Shown: positions 29,472 through 39,457 of the stretch, in pieces
Layout: each line of letters starts with the position of its first letter
Numbering within the stretch: position 1 is the stretch's first letter
Program-made: the position numbers and the translations under genes
Source of the DNA: a bacterium
GTDB lineage: Bacteria; UBA8248
Direction of reading: 5' to 3'
DNA length: 64,000 bases
NCBI GenBank assembly: GCA_965203325.1
Contig: OZ241875.1
Span: 320,001 to 384,000, forward strand
Notes under the pieces: model-generated
What the model saw: only the letters and a program-made list of their open reading frames with translations
The model's database searches: none
What the model was told of the DNA's origin: nothing

Positions 29472-30754
29472 ACATGCCCCTGCTGCTGCTCGGCTCCCTG
29501 GCCGTGTTCCTCTTCATCCGCGTGCCGGTGGGCGTCTCCCTGGGGCTGGCCTCCATCCTCGTCTACTACGCCACCGGAGAGCACTTCGAGAGTCTGGCCC
29601 TCTCCTACTACGACGGGCTGGACAAGTTCCCCTTCATCGCCGTGCCCATGTTCCTGCTCGCGGGCGCACTCATGGAAAAAGGCGGCATCAGCAAGCGCCT
29701 CATCTCGGTGGCGGATTGCTTCGTAGGCAACGTGCGAGGCGGCCTCGCCCACGTCACCATACTCGCGTGCATGCTTTTCTCGGCGATTTCGGGTTCCGGC
29801 CCCGCCACGACGGCCGCCGTGGGCGGTCTCATGATCCCCACCATGCTCAGGCGCCAGTACGACAAGAACTACTCGGGCGCGGTATCGGCCTGCGGGGGGA
29901 CGCTCGGTATCCTCATCCCGCCGAGCATCACCTTGATCGTCTACGGCGTCAGCGCCGATCAGTCCGTCACAAGGCTGTTCATCGCGGGCTTTCTGCCCGG
30001 CATTCTGCTCGGCTGCATGCTCATGTGCTGCGCCACCATCTTGTCGCGCTTCATGACGGTGGAATCGGATTCCGAGCCCTTCTCCGTCGCGCGCACGCTG
30101 CGCACCATCTGGGAATCGCGCTGGGCGCTCCTGGCGCCGGTCGTCATCATCGGCGGCATCTACGGCGGCTTCGTGACGCCGACGGAGAGCGCCGTCATCG
30201 CCGTGCTCTACGGTTGGGTGATCGGCATGTTCGTCTACCGGGAACTCAACTGGCGAAGGACGCGCGAGTGTCTCGAAATCGCGGCCCTCGTCACCGGAAC
30301 CATCGCCATCATCTGGGGGGCGTCGCTCGCGTTCGGCGAACTCATAACGATCCACCAGATTCCCCAGTTGGTGACGGCCTTCATCCAGCGCGTGACGACT
30401 TCGCCGTTCATGATCCTCATGCTCATCAGCCTGTTCCTCACCTTCGTGGGGATGTGGCTGAACACCATGGCGCAGGTCATCATCCTCACGCCGATGTTCC
30501 TGCCCGTCATCCTGGCGGCGGGCATCGACCCCATCCACTTCGGCATCGTGTTCGTGGTGAACTGCGAGATCGGCTACCTCACGCCGCCTCTGGGCACGAG
30601 CCTGTTCGTGGCGATGGGCATCGCGGACACGACGCTGGGCGCCATCGCCAAGGCCGTCCTGCCGTTCATCGCGACGATGTTCCTGTGCGTCATCATTCTC
30701 TCGCTTTTCCCCAGCATCTCCCTCATCCTCCCGAACCTCATGCTCGGCAGGTGA
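29468..30754 (+). CDS. dctM: TRAP transporter large permease
   Basis: 'AISGSGPAT', 'GILIPPSI', 'TPTESA', 'GIDPIHFG', 'TPPLG'. Confidence 0.93.
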   Translation: MNMPLLLLGSLAVFLFIRVPVGVSLGLASILVYYATGEHFESLALSYYDGLDKFPFIAVPMFLLAGALMEKGGISKRLISVADCFVGNVRGGLAHVTILACMLFSAISGSGPATTAAVGGLMIPTMLRRQYDKNYSGAVSACGGTLGILIPPSITLIVYGVSADQSVTRLFIAGFLPGILLGCMLMCCATILSRFMTVESDSEPFSVARTLRTIWESRWALLAPVVIIGGIYGGFVTPTESAVIAVLYGWVIGMFVYRELNWRRTRECLEIAALVTGTIAIIWGASLAFGELITIHQIPQLVTAFIQRVTTSPFMILMLISLFLTFVGMWLNTMAQVIILTPMFLPVILAAGIDPIHFGIVFVVNCEIGYLTPPLGTSLFVAMGIADTTLGAIAKAVLPFIATMFLCVIILSLFPSISLILPNLMLGR

Positions 30755-30779
30755 GGAGCTAACCCAAAGGAGGCAAGAC

Positions 30780-31793
30780 ATGCGACATATGAAAAAAGGT
30801 TTTACGGTGATGGTGGGCGTCATCCTCATCGCGGGACTCGTCGGCTTCGCTGCGCCCAAGGCCGAAGCCGCCAAGTACGTGATGAAGTTCGCCCACAACA
30901 ACCCTCCCAAGCCGCAGCTTCTCTATCAGGCCGCGGCGCTGACCATGCAGAAAAACCTGCAGGTCTACTCCAAGGGGAACATCGACATCCAGATATTCCC
31001 CTCCTCCCAACTCGGCAAGGACCGCGTGGCCGCGAAGAAGGTGCAGCTCGGCTCGGTGCAGATGCAGATCGTGGCGTCCAACAACATCACGGCCTTCGAC
31101 AGGCGGCTCGACATCTTCACCCTGCCCTTCATGTTCGGCAGCTTCAAGGGCGCGGCGAAAGTGTTCAACAGCGACATCGGTCAGACCATCGGGGAGAATT
31201 TCCGCAAGAAATCGGGCATCCGCGTGCTGGGCTTCATCGCCACGGGCTTCCGGAACATGATGAACAGCAAGCACCCCATCATGAAGCCCGCGGACCTGGG
31301 CGACCTGCGCATGCGGATCGCGAAAAACCCCATCATGGTGCAGACGTACAAGGCGCTGGGCGGCAGCACCATCGGCATGGCGCCGACGGAGCTGTTCAGC
31401 GCGCTCAGCACCAAGACGGTGGACGGCCACGACGGCGGCTCGAGCTGGGCGTGGGCCATGAAGCTCTACGAGGTGCAGAAGTTCCTCTCCATCACCCGGC
31501 ACCAGCTCGTGGCGGGCGCGCTCATCATGAACGACAAGTATTACAACAAGCTGCCCAAGGACATGCAGAAAGCCGTTCTGATGGCGGCGCGCGACACCAT
31601 CGCCTGGGCGAACGCCTACGCGGAAGAGAACGAAAAAGACATCATGAAAGGGTTTGCGGCGAAGGGGCTCACGATCGCCACGCCCGATCTCAAGCCCTTC
31701 CGCGAGGCCGTACGACCCGTGCACAAGATGTTCGCCGACAAGGTGGGCGGCATCGAGTTGATCAACCGCATCCTGAAGATGCAGGAAGGCTAG
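30780..31793 (+). CDS. dctP: TRAP transporter substrate-binding protein
   Basis: 'IQIFPSSQLG', 'FTLPFMF', 'GFRNM', 'DLGDLRMR', 'LYEVQKF'. Confidence 0.92.
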   Translation: MRHMKKGFTVMVGVILIAGLVGFAAPKAEAAKYVMKFAHNNPPKPQLLYQAAALTMQKNLQVYSKGNIDIQIFPSSQLGKDRVAAKKVQLGSVQMQIVASNNITAFDRRLDIFTLPFMFGSFKGAAKVFNSDIGQTIGENFRKKSGIRVLGFIATGFRNMMNSKHPIMKPADLGDLRMRIAKNPIMVQTYKALGGSTIGMAPTELFSALSTKTVDGHDGGSSWAWAMKLYEVQKFLSITRHQLVAGALIMNDKYYNKLPKDMQKAVLMAARDTIAWANAYAEENEKDIMKGFAAKGLTIATPDLKPFREAVRPVHKMFADKVGGIELINRILKMQEG

Positions 31794-31804
31794 TCAACCA
31801 TACA

Positions 31805-31841
31805 GCGCGCGGCGGCTTCCGGGTCGCCGCGCGCCGTTTTT
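31805..31841 (+). terminator. terminator-like hairpin after dctP
   Basis: GCGCGCGGCGGC-loop-GTCGCCGCGCGC followed by CGTTTTT. Confidence 0.65.
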
Positions 31842-31859
31842 CGAGAAAAGGATAAGGCA

Positions 31860-32615
31860 ATGAGCGGCTTCGAGGGGCAAAGCGCCATCGTCACGGGTGC
31901 TGCGACGGGCATCGGTGAATCCGCAGCGAGAATCCTGGCCCAAAGGGGGGCGGAAGTCACCGTCATGGATTTCGACGCGGAAGGCGCCGAAGCCGTCACG
32001 AAATCCATCAACGAAGGCGGAGGCGCGGCTCACTGCGCCGTCGTCGACCTGACCGACTGGGAGGCGACTGAAACAGCAGTCAACGAGGCGCACCACCGGG
32101 CTGGCAGTATTGACGTTCTCGTACACAGCGCGGGCGGATTTCCGCAATACGTGAGCCTGCTCGATTGCCCCGTGGACGCCTGGGACAGTGTGGTGAACTC
32201 GAACCTGAAATCGATGTTCTATCTCCTGAAGGCCGCGGCTCCCCTGATGGTTGAAGCCAACTACGGACGCTTCGTTACCCTTTCGAGCATGGCCGCGCGC
32301 AGCGGCGTGAATCCCAATCCGCCGCATTACACCGCCGCCAAGGCGGGCGTGCTCGGCCTTACCCGCCAGGCGGCGCGCGAACTCGGGCCGTACGGCATCA
32401 CGGTGAACGCCGTGGCCCCGGCCAACGTGCAAACGCCGAGAGGGCTCAAAATCAGGACGCCCGAGCGCATCGCCCACATCGAGAAATCATCGCCCTTGGG
32501 CAGACTCTCCGAATCCCACGAAATCGCGGAAGCCGTCATTTTCCTCTGCAGCAAGGAGGCCGGTTACATCACCGGCGTCACGCTCGACGTGAACGGCGGC
32601 GCGACGATGGTGTGA
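31860..32615 (+). CDS. SDR family oxidoreductase
   Basis: 'TGAATGIG', 'YTAAK', 'GITVNAVAP'. Confidence 0.92.
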   Translation: MSGFEGQSAIVTGAATGIGESAARILAQRGAEVTVMDFDAEGAEAVTKSINEGGGAAHCAVVDLTDWEATETAVNEAHHRAGSIDVLVHSAGGFPQYVSLLDCPVDAWDSVVNSNLKSMFYLLKAAAPLMVEANYGRFVTLSSMAARSGVNPNPPHYTAAKAGVLGLTRQAARELGPYGITVNAVAPANVQTPRGLKIRTPERIAHIEKSSPLGRLSESHEIAEAVIFLCSKEAGYITGVTLDVNGGATMV

Positions 32616-32617
32616 GC

Positions 32618-33175
32618 CTATGGAATGATGCAGGAACTGGGTGTGAAGAGGCCATGCTTTGTTCTTGGGCAGTGCTCCCACCGTAAACGCTCTTGTTCAG
32701 CTTCGAACTCCCTTCGTTTTCGTTCCTGTTCCTTTCGCTTCCGTTTCCTCTCCAGTCTCGCCTCACGTCTCGCCTTGCGCCTCTCCTCACGCCGCCTCTC
32801 CTTCTCCAGTCGATGCTTCAGATCGGCATCAAGAACGGAAACGGCAGATTCCATTTTCTTGACTTGCTTTTTCAGTCCGAACACTTCTGATTTGAGCGTC
32901 TTGTTTTCCTGCCTCAATTTTCTAACTTCTTCCAGCAGTTCGCAAACCTCGTATTTCGACCCCGGCTGTGAGCAGAGCATTTTAAGCGCATAAAAATGCG
33001 GTACGTAGCCCTTAAAAGCATCCCTGTGGAAGGGGATTTCCCACTTCGGGGCCGGCTTATACGCAATTTTTTTCTGGCCGCCAGAAACCCAACTATGGAC
33101 GACGCCAGCGGTTCCTACAGCGAACCCGAGCACGAATATCGCAAAGATAATCGACAACTTCATCAAATTTCTCAT
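32618..33175 (-). CDS. hypothetical membrane-anchored coiled-coil protein
   Basis: N-terminal hydrophobic segment, long E/K/R-rich heptad region, GAGGAG RBS; upstream TTGACT-N17-TAAACT on the minus strand. Confidence 0.6.
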   Translation of the reverse strand: MRNLMKLSIIFAIFVLGFAVGTAGVVHSWVSGGQKKIAYKPAPKWEIPFHRDAFKGYVPHFYALKMLCSQPGSKYEVCELLEEVRKLRQENKTLKSEVFGLKKQVKKMESAVSVLDADLKHRLEKERRREERRKARREARLERKRKRKEQERKRREFEAEQERLRWEHCPRTKHGLFTPSSCIIP

Positions 33176-33394
33176 CGTCTGCTTGCTCCTCTTTGGCTAA
33201 AGGCAGTTGAGAGAACAATTTTCAAGTGTGACAAAATCTAAGTTTAGTCATATCTAAATTAAAAGTCAATCATGTCAAATTATCTGGCTGGAGTAGGCGA
33301 GAACGCAAGTACTCTATATAATTTAGGACGGCATCAAGTTCCGAGGAGGGAGTCTTCCACGCTAACTGCTCTATAGGTCTTGGGAAATAACTCT

Positions 33395-34294
33395 CTAGGC
33401 GTTTTGGAGGGCATGCTTCACCAGGGAGACTACCTCGGAGAACCGTTCGGCGACGAAGACCTCCGCCTCGCGCAGGAGCCTTTTCTTTCCCGAGGGCGCG
33501 CCGCGGCCACGTTCTATGAGCGCGCCCGTGTGGCTCACGCTCGCGGGCGTGGGCGAGGTTTCCCAGAATTCACCGGGAATCATCGCCACAACGGGTTTCG
33601 TGAACCCGCCGGACGCAATGAAGCGCGCCGCCTCCTCTTCCCTGTCCGTGCCGGGTTCACCGAACATGACGACGACGCGCGTCTCGGGGTCTTGCTCGAA
33701 CAGGGCGAGCATCTCGACGAAGGCGGAGCCGATGAGCAAATCCCCTCCCAGGGCCACGTAGGTGCTCTGGCCGATGCCCGCCCGCGTCAGAAACAGGCAT
33801 ATCTCCGCTCCCATCCCTCCGCTTCTGCTCACCACGCCCACGGGGCCGGGGCGGAACATGAGGTCAGGCACCTCGCCCCCTGTGCCGCCGAGTTTCGCCT
33901 TCCCCGGACTCACCATCCCCTGGCTGTTGGGGCCGATGACGAAGGTGCCCATCTGCGCCGCGCGCGTGAGCAGCGCGCAGGCGTCGTGGTGCGGCACGCC
34001 CTCCGCGAGAATGTGCACGGTGGGAATCCCCGCCTCGATGGCCTCCAGGGCCGCCTCGCGTACGAAGCGCGCGGGCACGAAGAGCACGGAGAGATCGATT
34101 TCATGGTCGCGCAAAGCGTCGGCTACGGTTCCGTATACGGGCACGCCGCCGACCGACTCGCCCCCTTTTCCAGGAGATACGCCCGCCACCACGCGGGTGC
34201 CGTAGTCCGTCATGGTGGGCAGAAGACGCCTCGCCTCGGCCCCCGTAGCGCCCTGCACGAGCACGCGGGTATCCGAATCCAGCAGAATGCTCAT
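33395..34294 (-). CDS. acyl-CoA synthetase alpha subunit (SucD/CcsB-like)
   Basis: 'VLVQGATG', 'VAGVSPGKGG', 'IGPNSQG', 'VVSRSGGM', 'FGEPG', phospho-His 'SHTGA'. Confidence 0.88.
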   Translation of the reverse strand: MSILLDSDTRVLVQGATGAEARRLLPTMTDYGTRVVAGVSPGKGGESVGGVPVYGTVADALRDHEIDLSVLFVPARFVREAALEAIEAGIPTVHILAEGVPHHDACALLTRAAQMGTFVIGPNSQGMVSPGKAKLGGTGGEVPDLMFRPGPVGVVSRSGGMGAEICLFLTRAGIGQSTYVALGGDLLIGSAFVEMLALFEQDPETRVVVMFGEPGTDREEEAARFIASGGFTKPVVAMIPGEFWETSPTPASVSHTGALIERGRGAPSGKKRLLREAEVFVAERFSEVVSLVKHALQNA

Positions 34295-35517
34295 CTCTCA
34301 TCCCGCCCGTAAGCGCGCGCCACGATTCGCCGGGCCAGGTCTTCTATCGACGCCTCATCCTCATGCCATTCCACGCCCGGCACCTCGGCGATGAGCCGTC
34401 TCGCTTCCTCCACCCCCGGACCGGCGTAGCGGATAATGACGGGGAACTTTTCGAAATCAAGCCTCGCTTCCTTGAGCGCGCGAACCACGCCTGCGACTTT
34501 AATATCCACCCGCGTGAAATTACTCACGTTCCCCGCCAGGAGCAGCCCCTTGATGCCCGGTTTCGATAGCACTGCCTTCACCGCGCGGCGCATCTTCTCC
34601 TCGTAGCGCCCGGGCGTGATGTCGAACGTGGTGGCCGGCCTGCCGCCCTCGTCCAGAAGCGCTTCGAGGCTCGAGAGACCATACCCTCCGCCGGTGACCA
34701 TGAAGCCGATGTCGCCATCCATTTCACTGAACCGAATCGCGCCCACGTGGGGGTCGACCGCGTCTATCTCGCGCATGCGCATCTCGAGTTCGGTGAAAGG
34801 CCGCCAGCCGTTTCCGCCCTCCACGCCCAGCTTGGCTTCAAGCTCCGGATGGCGGAAGAGCGCCTGCGCATCGAGCTGCACCACGCCCGCCGCCGCCACC
34901 ACCCGGCCGTCGGCCAACTCCGCCAGAGGGTTCACCTCTATCATCTCGCAGTCATGGGCGCAGAAGACCCCGTACATCGCGCACGCGGCGCGGGCGACCT
35001 GCTCCGCCAGATCGCCCGAAAGACCCGCGCGACCCACAAGTTCGAGAGCGTCTTCAATAGCAAGCCCCTCCAAAATGTTCACGGGCCACTCGATGAGTTT
35101 GTCGGGATGGTTTTCGGCCAGTTCCTCCACGTCCACGCCGCCCTCGGCGCTGAAGAGGATGAGCGGGCATTTTCTCGGCGCATCGAAGGAGATAGAGCAG
35201 AAAATCTCGCGCTCTATCTCAAGCGCTTCCATGACGATGAGTTTCTTGACGGGAAAGCGCCGCACTTCCATGCCGAGAATGGCCTCTGCGCCCGCGCGGG
35301 CCTCTAACGCATTCGCGGCGAACTTCACCGCGCCCGCTCTTCCGCGCTTGCCCACCGGCACGAGCGCCTTGATGACGGCGCGTCCGCCCAGGCGTTCGGT
35401 GGCGCGGGCGGCTTCATCTGCGTCCGTGCAGACCTCGAAGCAGGGAACGGGGAGACCGCCTTCGGCCAGAAGCGTCAGGGAGTCGTTTTCCAGAAGGCGG
35501 GACAAGAGGGTCTCCAC
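34291..35517 (-). CDS. ATP-grasp acyl-CoA synthetase beta subunit (SucC/CcsA-like)
   Basis: 'VIKALVPVGKRGRAGAV', 'FSAEGGVDVE', 'EVNPL', 'MVTGGG', 'GNVSNFTRVD'. Confidence 0.85.
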   Translation of the reverse strand: METLLSRLLENDSLTLLAEGGLPVPCFEVCTDADEAARATERLGGRAVIKALVPVGKRGRAGAVKFAANALEARAGAEAILGMEVRRFPVKKLIVMEALEIEREIFCSISFDAPRKCPLILFSAEGGVDVEELAENHPDKLIEWPVNILEGLAIEDALELVGRAGLSGDLAEQVARAACAMYGVFCAHDCEMIEVNPLAELADGRVVAAAGVVQLDAQALFRHPELEAKLGVEGGNGWRPFTELEMRMREIDAVDPHVGAIRFSEMDGDIGFMVTGGGYGLSSLEALLDEGGRPATTFDITPGRYEEKMRRAVKAVLSKPGIKGLLLAGNVSNFTRVDIKVAGVVRALKEARLDFEKFPVIIRYAGPGVEEARRLIAEVPGVEWHEDEASIEDLARRIVARAYGRDER

Positions 35518-35714
35518 TCAGAATACGTTCGGCGCGTTATCGCGAGAAAACCTGAAAGATGCGCACTAGCTAGCACTTGGGCCTTCGGGCGTCAAGATTT
35601 ACGGGGAAAATGCGCGTATTCGCCCGAGCGCCGCTTGCGAAAGTATATTGATGAGATAGAATCATCCCAACGAGCAAAACCCATTTTTCTTCGATTTCCT
35701 ACGGAGGAGAGTCT

Positions 35715-36713
35715 ATGCGTATTCACAAGAGATTGATCGCAGCAATTGGCGTCTTTGCAGCCGCGGCTTTCGCCGCATCTGTTGCGAGCGCCGCCACCAC
35801 CAACATCACCATCGTCGGCGCGGGCAAGGGCGCGGGCGCGTTCCGCATGGCGGCGGGCCTCGCCGAGGCGGTGAACAAGACGAGCAAGACCGTCAACGTC
35901 ACCAACCGCGAGTCCAAGGGCTTCGTCGCCAACACGCGCCTCGTCGCCAGCGGCCGCTCCGAGATCGGGATGACGAACGGGATCTTCGTCGACTTCATCC
36001 AGCGCAAGCAGAAGCCCTTCCACAAGGGCAAGGCGATGATGACCATCCGGGGCATCGGCCCGGTATCGACCTCCTGGTTCCAGGTGACGACGTTCCACAA
36101 GACCGGCATCAAGTCCTACCACGATCTCGCCGGCAAGCGGGTGAACATGGGTCCGAGAGGAAGCTCCACCCTGTTCATGATGAAGTTCATCACCGACAAC
36201 CTAGGCATCACCGACAAGATCCGCAAGGACTACATGGGCTGGGCGCAAGCCGCCACCAACATGATCGACGGCAAGCTCGACGCTTTCGGCATCCCGAACC
36301 CGGTGCCCTCGCCCTCGATCCTGCGCGCCTCGCGCAGCGGCCCGCTCCGCATCCTGAGCATCCCCGACGAGGTGCGTGATAAGTTCGTCGCCCTGAGCTC
36401 GGGCTACTACAAGGACAACAAGGACGCCAGCCCCTACCAGGGGATGAAGGGCAAGAAGTTCAAGACGGTCGCCTACACCATCTTCGCGGTGGCGAACGAG
36501 AAGGTGCCCAACGACGTGATTCACGAGGTGACGCGGCGGGTGTACGACAAGGCGAACCGCGACTTCCTGATCAACGTCTTCAAGGGCTGGAAGATCGGGC
36601 TGGACTTCGCCGCCAAGTCGGATGAGTTCATCAAGCAGATGGGCAACTTCAACATGAAGCTCCACCCCGGCGCCGCGCGCTACTGGAAGGCGAAGGGTTA
36701 CAACACCAACTAG
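35715..36713 (+). CDS. TAXI family TRAP solute receptor
   Basis: 'ESKGFVANTRL', 'DLAGKRVNMGPRGS', 'DGKLDAF', 'LHPGAARYW'. Confidence 0.9.
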   Translation: MRIHKRLIAAIGVFAAAAFAASVASAATTNITIVGAGKGAGAFRMAAGLAEAVNKTSKTVNVTNRESKGFVANTRLVASGRSEIGMTNGIFVDFIQRKQKPFHKGKAMMTIRGIGPVSTSWFQVTTFHKTGIKSYHDLAGKRVNMGPRGSSTLFMMKFITDNLGITDKIRKDYMGWAQAATNMIDGKLDAFGIPNPVPSPSILRASRSGPLRILSIPDEVRDKFVALSSGYYKDNKDASPYQGMKGKKFKTVAYTIFAVANEKVPNDVIHEVTRRVYDKANRDFLINVFKGWKIGLDFAAKSDEFIKQMGNFNMKLHPGAARYWKAKGYNTN

Positions 36714-36800
36714 ACGATTCCCGGCTCCCCCGGAGGGCGGTGGCGCCTTCCGGGGGCCGGTGAAGCGCCTGTCATCGGCCTCGGGTGAGAAAGGGCGGCG

Positions 36801-39407
36801 ATGAGGAAGGTTTTCGATTCTCTCTGGGAGTGGATGCGGTTCATCTTCGCCCCGGAGTCGGCCACCCGCAGGGATATCGAACCCGGCTTCCAGAAACAAA
36901 ACCTGCCCGTCTTCGTGTTCCTTACCGTTCTCCTTCTCGTCTACATCGTTTTCTTCGCCGGAAGAACGTACAACCTCTACCTCCCCTACGAGATCGCCTG
37001 GGACTGGCAGGAGGTCGAATTCCCGGCTCTCGATGCCTGGCTATACGCCCTCATCTGGCTCTACGTCTCGGGCCTGTGCATCTTCCCGAGGGCGGCGATT
37101 CTGCTTTCATCGTTCGCGTTCGCCGCCTATTTTCTCTACGGCGCGGCGAACAAGGCGCCCGTGGATTTAGGCCTCGGCTTCGGCGAGGTCATCGTCTACG
37201 CCCTCTCCCCGCTCCTCACGGAGGGGATGGAGAAATCCCTCTCGGCGATTTGGGAAACGCTCTACTTCCCGGGGCTGGCCATCTATGCGTTTCATTTCTA
37301 TCTGCCCCTGTACGTGATCTTCACCGCCATCCTGACGTTCGTCTTCTACCCGGCGCGCGCGGGCGCACCGATGAGACGGCCCTCCGCCGTGGACCTCCTG
37401 CTGTGCGCGGGCGTGGTCGTGTTCACGGTGGAATACATCATGAACTTCGCCGACCGGGGCGACCGCGCGGGCCTTGTCCTCTGGACGGACGTCGCCATGG
37501 GAACCATCGCCGTCATCGTTTCAATCGAAATGTGCCGCCGGGTGCTGGGTTGGGTGCTACCGCTGCTGGGACTCTTTTTCTTCTACTACGCCATGTACGG
37601 CAACTATTTCCCCGGACGGCTCCTGCACAAGGGGTTTTCCTACAACGAGGTCGTGAACTTCATCTACGGCACTTCGGGCATCTTCGGCGTCATCGCGAAC
37701 GTCTATGCGAGCTACGTGTTCCTGTTCATCCTCTTCGGCGTCTTTCTGGAAAAGACGAAGGTCGGCGACGTGTTCATCGATCTCTCCTACGCCCTGGTGG
37801 GCCGCCTGCGCGGAGGAGCGGCCAAGGCCTCGGTCGTATCGAGCGGCATGGTGGGTTCGGTGGTGGGAAGCGGGGCTGCGAACATCGTCATCACGGGCAC
37901 CTTCACGATCCCGCTCATGAAGCGCGCGGGCTACAAGGCCCACTACGCGGGAGCCGTGGAGGCGGTCTCCTCGATCGGCGGCCACCTGCTGCCGCCCATC
38001 ATGGGTTCGGCGGCCTTCCTCGTGGCGGCGTTCACCGAGACCGACTACGGGTGGATAGCGCTCATATCGCTCGTGCCCGCGCTGATGTACTACTTCTCGG
38101 TCTACATGTCGGTGCACTTCCGCTCGGGGCTGGACGGCATCCACGGCCTCTCGAAAGAGGAACTGCCCGAACTACTGCCCCTGCTCAAAAAAGAGGGCTA
38201 CCTGCTGCTCCCGGTGTTGCTGCTCATCTTCCGCCTCATCATCGGGCGCTCGCCTTTCGACGCGGCGCTCTGGTCCATCGTCCTGGCGATGGTTCTGGGA
38301 TTTTTCCGTGAGGACACCCGCCTGCTGGCCTTGCCGCCGGTTCTCGCGCGCCTGGTGGGACGGCCCGGATGGAGCACACGCAACGACAGGCTCGAATACC
38401 AGGCCGCAGCGCACCACAAGAAACTCATGGAATCGGGGAAAAGCCTGGAAGATGCGGATGCCGAGGCGGAAGTTTATCTCGAAGCGGCCAAGACCGAACC
38501 GCCCGGAAACCCACTCATGGAGAACTGGCCCCTGCTCGCCGGAGTGGGCCTGCTTATCGTGCTTCCGGTGGCGGGGCATACCTTCCCTGAGGCGATCTTC
38601 TGGTCGGCGCTCGCGGCGATTGTGCTCTCCTCCCCGCGCGTTCTGGACGGGCTGGAGCGAGGCGCCGTCAACTCGCTGATCATCGGCGTGACAGCAGGCG
38701 TGATGGGCATCGTGCTCGCAGGCGTGTCGATGCCCGGCCTCGGCATCAAATTCTCCTCGATCATCCTGGGCTACGCCGCCATCATCGACAACGCATTCGG
38801 CATCACGGGAACGACGCTGCCAGTGGCGATTCTGCTCTGCGCCATCGCCAGCTACATCATGGGGATGGGTATGACGATCACGGCGAGCTACGTGCTGCTC
38901 TCGATCCTCGCCGTGCCCGCGCTCGTGGAGTTGGGCGTTCCGCTTCTGAGCGCGCACCTGATGATCCTGTGGCTGAGCCAGGACGCCTCGCTCACGCCGC
39001 CCTTCGCGCTGGGCGCGTTCATCGCGGCGGGCGTGGCGCGCGCGGACCCGATGCGCACCGGCTTCGCCTCGCTCAAACTCGGCAAGGCGCTCTACATCGT
39101 CCCCTTCCTGATGGCCTACACCCCGATCAACATCACGGCGGGCGCCGCATGGTTCGACATCATCATCGTCTGGGTGACCGGCTTCATGGGCTTTTTCTGC
39201 ACCTCGGCGTCGCTTGAAGGCTACATGCGCAGAAAGCTCGAAATCTGGGAGCGCGTCGTCTTCGCCGTGGCGGGCGGTCTGCTGTTCTTCTACGTGCCGT
39301 GGATGAAGATAACGGGCACCGTCATCATGGCCGTCATGATCGCCATCCAGTTCATGAGCGCGAAGGACGAAGGCGCAGCCTCACAAAGCCCTGCGGCGTC
39401 TTCGTAA
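36801..39407 (+). CDS. TRAP 4TM/12TM fused permease
   Basis: 'GGAAKASV', 'SGAANIVITGTFTIPLMK', 'EAVSSIGG..PPIMGS', 'GMGMT..ASY', 'TPPFAL'. Confidence 0.92.
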   Translation: MRKVFDSLWEWMRFIFAPESATRRDIEPGFQKQNLPVFVFLTVLLLVYIVFFAGRTYNLYLPYEIAWDWQEVEFPALDAWLYALIWLYVSGLCIFPRAAILLSSFAFAAYFLYGAANKAPVDLGLGFGEVIVYALSPLLTEGMEKSLSAIWETLYFPGLAIYAFHFYLPLYVIFTAILTFVFYPARAGAPMRRPSAVDLLLCAGVVVFTVEYIMNFADRGDRAGLVLWTDVAMGTIAVIVSIEMCRRVLGWVLPLLGLFFFYYAMYGNYFPGRLLHKGFSYNEVVNFIYGTSGIFGVIANVYASYVFLFILFGVFLEKTKVGDVFIDLSYALVGRLRGGAAKASVVSSGMVGSVVGSGAANIVITGTFTIPLMKRAGYKAHYAGAVEAVSSIGGHLLPPIMGSAAFLVAAFTETDYGWIALISLVPALMYYFSVYMSVHFRSGLDGIHGLSKEELPELLPLLKKEGYLLLPVLLLIFRLIIGRSPFDAALWSIVLAMVLGFFREDTRLLALPPVLARLVGRPGWSTRNDRLEYQAAAHHKKLMESGKSLEDADAEAEVYLEAAKTEPPGNPLMENWPLLAGVGLLIVLPVAGHTFPEAIFWSALAAIVLSSPRVLDGLERGAVNSLIIGVTAGVMGIVLAGVSMPGLGIKFSSIILGYAAIIDNAFGITGTTLPVAILLCAIASYIMGMGMTITASYVLLSILAVPALVELGVPLLSAHLMILWLSQDASLTPPFALGAFIAAGVARADPMRTGFASLKLGKALYIVPFLMAYTPINITAGAAWFDIIIVWVTGFMGFFCTSASLEGYMRRKLEIWERVVFAVAGGLLFFYVPWMKITGTVIMAVMIAIQFMSAKDEGAASQSPAASS

Positions 39408-39457
39408 TACCTGAGTTTCTAAAACCCATCTAAGAGATCGTGTTTTTTATAGTCGGA

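Noticed and set aside
35598..35616. Third copy of the AAATGCGGG element (TTTACGGGGAAAATGCGCG)
   Set aside because: Only a weak partial match, with no AT-rich core adjacent.
22673..38311. Long alternative-frame or antisense ORFs (e.g. 22673-23908, 22726-23949, 29438-30910, 36785-38311)
   Set aside because: Shadow ORFs expected from high-GC codon bias over well-supported genes; no motifs.
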